Below are positions 56,772 through 64,000 of a stretch of 64,000 bases of DNA, piece after piece; the first letter of the stretch is position 1; every line of letters begins with the position of its first letter. The translations under genes and the position numbers were made by a program. The stretch comes from Toensbergia leucococca. Its lineage: Eukaryota. The notes under the pieces were generated by a model. The model was not told the DNA's origin. It saw only the letters and a list, made by a program, of their open reading frames with translations, and searched no databases. The DNA lies in contig JALDZS010000101.1 in NCBI GenBank assembly GCA_022813965.1, forward strand, positions 1 through 64,000, given 5' to 3'.

Positions 56772-57279
56772 AGGGATACGAATACTGCTAGCTGGCTTGA
56801 GGCGATTTCTCTAGGCTACATGGGCGTGGTTAATGATATTGAGTGTGGTCTCTCTCGAGTTGTCAGACCTAATTGGATATAAAGAACTGCTTTGTATTTC
56901 CGTGAAAGCCCTTTCTTACATGGCTCGAGGACCTTAATTGTTTAGAATAAGGCTCAGTGGCAGAGGATGCTCACTGATTACTTCGCTGTCGAACGTCTCC
57001 CAATTCTAGATATATTCAACAATCAAATTGAGGAAAGGAATTGTAGTTACCTTACCTTACTCTCATTGACTAGCTGACTAGCCATCTAGCGTTCAGGGTT
57101 TAGGGCTCGGTTACTTAGTAACGAGGCTCAGCCCTACGAAACAAGAATCCAACGTCAGCAACCCTCTACACCTACATATCTAATTCGGTAAAGAGGTTGC
57201 AAACTCATTTCATCTAGATATGAGCCAGTGTTCATCTACCATCGTCAGCTTACGCGTTTGCTAGTTCGTCTTGTCTACC

Positions 57280-57873
57280 ATGTCCGATCCCACATTCTAC
57301 ATCGAGACTCCCCGCCTCTACCTCTCCTATTTCCTGCCCACATCCTTAGAACACTGTTCCTTCCTTGTCACCCTATACAATTCACCACTGTTCATCTCCT
57401 CTGAGGGCAAAACAGAAATTACCAATCCTCATCATGCCCAGGAAAGACTTCAGAATCAATTCTTGGCTGAACACAAACGCAATGGATACGGTCAATATCT
57501 GGTGTCTCTCAAGACTACACCTATAATGCCCTTTGCTGAATCGAAACCTATTGGATCGGTGAGTCTTATGCGGGGAGATTCCAAAGAGTCGTATACAGTG
57601 CCGGATATTGGATTCGCTATCGTGCCGGAAATGAACGGGAAAGGATATGCCACAGAGAGTGCCAAGGCTCTGCTAGAATATGCCAAGAGAGAGCTTGGTG
57701 TCGTTGAGGTTTTGGGATTTTGTGGAGTCGCTAATATAGGGAGTAAGAGGGTTATGAAGAAAATTGGAATGGAGGATCGAGGGGTCAAACATCTGGCAGC
57801 TTTTGGTGGAGCCGAGTCTGCAGTGTATGCCTTGCTAGGGATGAAGAGCTTAAAGGAGTATGGCATCGACTAA
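57280..57873 (+). CDS. GNAT acetyltransferase, RimJ/RimL type, intronless
   Basis: IETPRLYL, PDIGFAIVPEMNGKGYATESAKALL, NIGSKRVMKKIGM. Confidence 0.9.
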   Translation: MSDPTFYIETPRLYLSYFLPTSLEHCSFLVTLYNSPLFISSEGKTEITNPHHAQERLQNQFLAEHKRNGYGQYLVSLKTTPIMPFAESKPIGSVSLMRGDSKESYTVPDIGFAIVPEMNGKGYATESAKALLEYAKRELGVVEVLGFCGVANIGSKRVMKKIGMEDRGVKHLAAFGGAESAVYALLGMKSLKEYGID

Positions 57874-58248
57874 AGAGAGCTTGGACAATCAGGGCGGGGC
57901 ACTAATGGACAACGATTCCTATCAAAGTCACATTGGGAAGCAACGACGGGCTGCGAACTTACACGAAACTGTGGAAGTTCTCTCTTCATTCAATTATTTC
58001 TCAACCAACAACATCGCACAGGGTACTCGAGCAAGTTGAAGAGCTTTCCTGCGGGGTCCAATTCTTGGGCATCTCCATAACGGTTATTTCCTCTAAAAGG
58101 CAACAGAAAGCTTTTCTGATCGATGCACAAATTCATTACCATCGAACGAAAAAATGGTACATCGGATGAAAAGAGAGGTAGTATAGGAAAATGGATGATA
58201 TATTGTTTTTGCTAATAAATTAATGAGAGGCTTCTCAGTAGGGTAATT

Positions 58249-58275
58249 GCTCCTAAGCAGTGCTGAGATTGCCAT
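58249..58275 (-). pseudogene. Remnant copy of the first nine codons of ACH1
   Basis: gctcctaagcagtgctgagattgccat versus gctcttaagcagtgctgagacggccat at 50221-50247: 24/27 identical, MAISALLRS versus MAVSALLKS. Confidence 0.65.
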
Positions 58276-60599
58276 AAACTACGAGCGGTCTTGCTCGTAG
58301 TTTAGTTATCGGTGTAGTGCCGCAATCTTCTCTTTAAGATACTCGATTTCCGATTCCGATTCATTCTCAGTTCGTCGTTTTCTTTCGGGAGTGCCTTGGC
58401 TTTCGCGAGGTATCTTTGCTTAAATTCACGTAGCCTTTGTACAAAGTCGCGTCGTCGACTTCCGTATGATGGCCATCGTATGTCTACGTTTGCGGGGGGA
58501 GCAAGGTGGTCTTGTCTATGCGGAGCTCACTACTACGGAGAAATCCACTGTTTATTCACAGTTTGAATTACGGCAGATTAGGCAAAATGTGACGATGTAC
58601 AAAACTGATTTTTCAGTCTTCCACTGTTCAGACCCGACACAAGATCGCCCCACTGAAGAAGAGATGATATGGCAGGTAAAGACAGTATGAAATGCCGCTT
58701 GCAATCGCCGCCACATGGATAAGTAGATAGATGTTGGTAGTCGCCACAGCTAAGCAGTAAAGTAGTATACGTGGATGTACTCGACTGCAGGACAAATCTG
58801 CCAAAGGAAGAAGATTTGACCCGCCAAGAGTCCGCTATGCGGTTTTTGTTGGTTTTGTTGGTAGTTTTTGGATCCCACGCCTCTATCTAAACGTAGATGA
58901 CTATCGCTGAAGGTATATCTGATATATCTGATCCACTCGAGGCGGAGGAAAAAATCGACCGCCGATGGCTTAGCGATTTCTCACCAAACAATCGGCGGTC
59001 AATTTTTCTCCCTCGCCCCGATCTGTCCTCTAGGGTATCTGTCAGTAAGCTCATCCGAAGGACGCCTTACTGTTCAGGGCTCCTCCGAGACACCCCCCCA
59101 CAAGAATCAACCGAAGATGACAGATGTGATTGAAGGGCGCCATTGTGAGGTACCACTCCCTGACATTGAACAGTACCCTCTCTTCCCATAAGCACATCCG
59201 AAGATGCCTTACCGTTTTCTAGGGGGTCATGGAAATACACCCCAGCAACATGTCCACCCGAAGGTAACATGTTGCAAGGGCACCGCGTGCGCCCCTCCCG
59301 TCAAGCCCAATGCCTGGATCCTTGTTCAAAGCGTTGCACTTTGCCCACAGGATCGACGGCCAGAAAGTCTCCACTTTTCATTCGTAGCCCGTACTCATGG
59401 ATGAAGTGTAGGGGCTGCCATAATGTTGTGGTGTAGCAGATAGTCAACTCACTCGTAGCACCATGCTCATGGACACAGGGTATGGGCGTACGAAATGTTG
59501 TGTTGTATTGTAATTTGGATGGGTGTTGTAGAGAATTTGGTGAAGTTAGGACTAAGGTAAGTAAGGTAGTGTACGCGACGGATTATCAGTCATATCAGCC
59601 GAGAAGCAAAACCCTACTGAACAAGCGAGATTCTTCCTGCCTGGAGACCATGTGTTGGATTCTTACTTTGAGCATCTCCTTTTTTCGATCTTTCAATCTA
59701 GCCAAAGGTTTCCCACTCCGCATCAGCACCTTTCCATGATTTCATCACAGTGAACAACAACAGTAGCGAGATATTGATATCTCTACAAATAATCAAAGAG
59801 CTACTTACTACAATGACAGAGACTAGCCACGTTGAAGCCCATATCCTCTAGAGTATCATTGTGATACTCCCCAGCCATGTGCTGACGATTCGCCCCAACA
59901 CTCCTCTAAAGCGAAACCTCCAGCCTAAGCATCCCAAGGAGAGACAAAAAGTAACGCCTCGCCCTCCAACACAATCGAGAGTGAGAAGAGGCCGACTTGC
60001 AACGAGAGGCGGTAGAACAAGCTGAGTGGCGCTTCCCATCATTAGCCACCTGAACTTGACTTATATTTCAGCAGGTACCCTGATCTGAGGAGGCCTTTGG
60101 GTAGCATTGGGAACAAAAAAGGCAGAGTCGGAAGAGTGTTATTTGTATCTTTCTATGTCGACATTTCATATCATTTTTCAAGCCACGCCTACTATGCTAT
60201 GGGAGCCTGTCCCTGCCTATTATGAGTACAATTCCACCGTCAGGCAACTGAAATCGAAGGACCTCGCTTAGAAAATGTAACAAGGAAGAGAAAGATCTGA
60301 GAAGTGAAGGAATAACATTTACAAGTTTTGGAACTACAAGACGATCCTCTCAACTTATTCATGTTCCCTTGATCAAGTCGCTGGCTTTACGATACTGATA
60401 GTAATCACACATTTTTTTAACATGGTAAAAACGACTAGTCGATAGAGATAGACATAAAGGGCGGAGACACCCAAAGTATACATTGAAGGAGAGAACCAAC
60501 ACAAGGAGGGGGCTCGAGCATATTCAGGTCGCATGTACATAATTTGTGACGCGCTGAATACTTATTGGAATCCCCATTGAAGATGTCGTTGAAATAGAC

Positions 60600-61000
60600 A
60601 TAACATGCTATAGAATACACTCTCTAATCTGTATTTTACTTATTACCTAGGTGCCTAGGTAGGTAGTGCCTATCTCCTACTAACTCCTCCAGCCCTTTTG
60701 TCCCCACCTCATCTTCAGCCTCTGCCTCCACCTCCACCGTTCTCCTAGAGAACAGGAGAGTCCTGATCCTCAGCCTTGATATTAGATAATCCCTACACAT
60801 GATATTTGACCTCGCTCTGTGCAAGCTCTTCAACAATCTTACTACATAGAGTGTCGAGGAGTCACATATTTAATATTTTGCACAGGCTAAATTGAATCTT
60901 CTTCACCTTCTTCCTAGCAGTTATTGAACTCAAGGGACTAACTTTAGATCTCCTCAGCCTTTTCACTAATTCCTATTTTTTTCAAGATAAATGTCGCATA
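60600..61000 (-). mobile_element. Short mutated coding relic, probably transposon-derived
   Basis: CpG-poor patch. One minus frame reads LLDTLCSKIVEELAQSEVKYHV*GLSNIKAEDQDSPVL*ENGGGGGRG*R*GG, with stops explainable as CAG>TAG and CGA>TGA. Family not identified. Confidence 0.45.
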
Positions 61001-62017
61001 TGTGACTAATTATTGGTAGCACCTATAAGACGGATGATGTTTCGGATTACTAGGAGTTCCGACTCACCCAGTTGAAGCGGAAATGAGGTAGCTCTATAGA
61101 CGGATCGTCACGGCTTTCTACCTTTCGACTCGCAATATACATAGAGGCTCCACGTCAATCCGATAAAGAGCTTGCATGACTAGTAAAATGATCGCGGGAA
61201 TAGTCCTCTACTCAGATACCTCTCAAAACTAATACGGAAAAATGGCGAGGGTTTGTTGGGAAGATCAATGTGGACTGATTGTAAGATGTCGATGATCCCT
61301 TTTGATTTTTCTGTCCGTATATACCGAGACATGAGACATAAGTGAGAGGATAAGTAGGTGGAGAAATTGGAGACGAGGTTTGCCGACGAGGATATTGCAA
61401 GCAAGACAAATAACACTGGCATCCTGTCTCATTTGTAGACGTACTGCTTTCACGTCGTATTAGAAAAGTGGTTGGTAACGTGTCCATCAATTGATTCACA
61501 CCAAACCTTTCACAAAGAACTCTTCCTTACTTCTCAACCAAATACCAACCATCACATCTTCATCTAACGCAGCCATCAATTCAACTTTATACAACCTCTG
61601 TTTCATTGAGTATCCCTGACTACCTACATCATTTCTACCTCACACCGAAATTCAACAGCGTCAATGGTGGCACCTATGACTAGCTTCTGTCCCCGCTGCG
61701 GTGCGGACTTTCGTCTCACAGACACTTTTGGATATAAGACTTTTAATTGCTAAGAACTATAAATCAGGAGAATGTAGGCCTTATATATAGGTGATTCCCA
61801 GCCCGCCATTTGGCCCTTATCAGGGCATTCCTTTCTTATCACCTCGAGGCTTTTCCTATCTAGGTCGAGCTGGATCACCGACGTGCTTACAAATGCTTCG
61901 TACGGAGGTGATTTCAGAACCGCTATTCCTAGTGAGGGATATGGAACCCCTTTCTACCAACGAGGGTTCCGGAATCGCCCTACTTACCAATAGGGGTATC
62001 TACTGCGCATCTAACAG

Positions 62018-62820
62018 ACACCGCTCTCGGACGCCTCACATGGAATTGTGTCGATTGTGGCGAAGCTCGCATATCCGAATTACTGCTGATTGAAGCCCGC
62101 AATTCTCGCTCTTCCGATCCCATTCCACTTTCCAACACCTCCCTTCCGTCCTCAATAGGAGGGCAAGTCGTTGCAGCAGAAGCGCTAAATATAGGAACAG
62201 CTTCAGCACCACATGCTAATGCTCTTCCTAGTACAACGATATGGCCGAGACCTGGTGCCTTCCCTCCAAATCATGGTCCGTCAATATTGGAGCAGAGTGC
62301 TGGATTCTATCGTCGCCACGACAGTCAGGCTTCCGTTCCCGGGACGCTCGTACAAGGTGCTTTCGATCCTCCCTCAGGACGTCGAGTTCAATTACACCAC
62401 GATTTCAATCGGTCTCTCGCTCATGGTCGCCCTGTTCAAGGTGGTCCTCCAGTCCCCGCAAAGGTACTGAAGAACCGTAGGCTTAAGGAGAGGCAGCGAG
62501 CAGCGAAGAAAATACGGCAGGAGCAGATACAAGCAGAGGAAGGCAAGGTGAAAGAAGAGAGAGTATCATCGGTGGATACCGGCGAAGAGCACAAAGAAAA
62601 TAATATGGCCAAGGCGGAGCGGCTTCCAATACGGCGTCGCTCTCCATATCCCTACAGTCGTCATTTTCGATCACCCTCTCCTTTAGAGCGTTCGGCACGG
62701 CTTCCAAATTGGGATCGCCACCCGTCTCCTCCTCGGCGCCGTTTTCGGTCTCGGTTTCCTCTGGAGCATATACTTGAAAATCATCGAGGTCAAGAAGGAG
62801 AGAAGCATGGAGATCTTTGA
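62018..62820 (+). CDS. Hypothetical protein exon (WNCVDC motif, Arg/Ser/Pro-rich tail); may be a pseudogene
   Basis: The frame of the 62287-62820 ORF stays open upstream to a ctaacag acceptor at ~62017. A possible first exon MVAPMTSFCPRCG at 61664 runs into stops. Confidence 0.4.
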
Positions 62821-63499
62821 TTCCTTTGGGAGAGCAGTACCGAATGTCGCAAGAGGAGGACCGCCAGCGGTGGACTGGTACTTCTACGCAGTGCTGGTGA
62901 CTACTAGTTCTTCGAGAGAATGAAGCTAGGACCAGTCCACAAGATCTACCTTAGCTTAAGCTGTTGTAGTTCATCGATACCCTTTGATACTAGCATAGCC
63001 TCCACGTACTATATCTATTGTTTCTGCTTGCTAACAAAAATACCCTGGTCTGTAGGACTTTTTGTTCTTGATTCGCTGGTGATCAGTGGAATGACAGTTT
63101 CGAGGTACGTGTTTGTATAGGACAAGGTTAAATAAAGCACTCATCATATCATAGCTTTCTATCATTCGAAGTTGATGTGGGATGAATGGGGAGTGACGCA
63201 CTTGAAGGCGTAGCGAGGGCCATGGATGTAGTGGTATACCGAGAAAAACTTGCATTGTATTGGAAAAGTAACGGGAGTCGTATGGCTTGGATTGTTAGAT
63301 CATGGTTATACATGATAGAACCAACCATCTAAAGATCGAGCATTATGGCCTTGATGTTGATCATCTCGTTACCTCGTTTCCTCGTTTGCTCAAAATCTAT
63401 TCCAATTTCATTCTCCTAACCCTAATTTCCGCAAAAGTGACGATTCACAAGCCCGATTGGGGCATTCAAGCGAATTAAGAAGCTTGTCGCCGGTTTCTG

Positions 63500-64000
63500 C
63501 TTTCAGGTTACTTCTATTACATTTAGAGATAACGGACAGATATTCTTATTGATATACGAATTCGTTACTCTTACAATTGCGAGAAGACAGTACAAACCTA
63601 CCGCAACGCTTACGAGGGAATTTGAAGACTTTTTCAATGATGTCGTACGTTGCAATGATGAGATTGATCTGTTGATAGACTCGTGTCAGGCAGACATTCA
63701 GACTCATTACCCTACGTGCCTTCCTGAAGACGTGGACACTGAGATCCGTAACGATGCCCCGGAAACCCTTTGGTACGAGGAGGAAATCAAAAACCTTCAA
63801 GCCAGTGTCGAAAATTATTCAAACCGGAAAAATATGCACGACAAGAGGGCGGTTGAAGTGCTAAAGCAGATAGCAGTAATAAAACGGGACTTAGCTTTGA
63901 TCCAGCATATCAGCGTTGAGGAAGAGGAACAGAAGTCGATTGTGATGGCAATCTTGGAGGAACATCCCAAACTTGCTGCAGTCATTCATCAGGATGACAA
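63500..64000 (+). CDS. Partial hypothetical protein running off the window end
   Basis: Stop-free frame of >150 codons: DNGQIFLLIYEFVTL...EFEDFFNDVVRCNDEIDLL...ILEEHPKLAAVIHQDD. It is missing from the ORF track, presumably because it has no stop in the window. Confidence 0.55.

Noticed and set aside
63416..63426. cctaaccctaa telomere-like sequence
   Set aside because: Under two repeat units; expected by chance.

Overview
Intron-containing filamentous ascomycete (Pezizomycotina) genomic DNA; no prokaryotic features, rRNA, CRISPR or convincing tRNA were seen. Layout: (1) 1-2.9 kb, AT-rich, heavily C-to-T mutated nested retroelement relics (LTR-type gag, non-LTR-type RNase H) ending in a CpG-rich short-repeat array. 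(2) 2.9-8.9 kb, an accessory trio: divergent folylpolyglutamate synthase paralog, GT25 glycosyltransferase, cytochrome P450. (3) 9.8-50.3 kb, a mostly core block (BMS1, I9 protease inhibitor, PDK/BCKD-type kinase, RBM26-like, eEF2, CSF1, TMEM184-like, Whi5/Nrm1-like, acetyl-CoA hydrolase) that also holds a NACHT-ankyrin NLR with an extra C-terminal domain and a short phosphatidylserine decarboxylase. (4) 50.3-58.3 kb, an accessory island: foldback MITE, an isopropylmalate-synthase paralog with a remodelled substrate pocket divergently paired with an AsaB/NvfI-type Fe(II)/2OG oxygenase, and a GNAT; it is bracketed by the ACH1 start and a 24/27-nt copy of it. (5) 58.3-64 kb, degenerate or hypothetical sequence. 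The best candidates for undescribed biology are the IPMS-variant island and the FPGS-GT25-P450 trio. Gene boundaries were read by eye from splice signals and family motifs; no searches were run.
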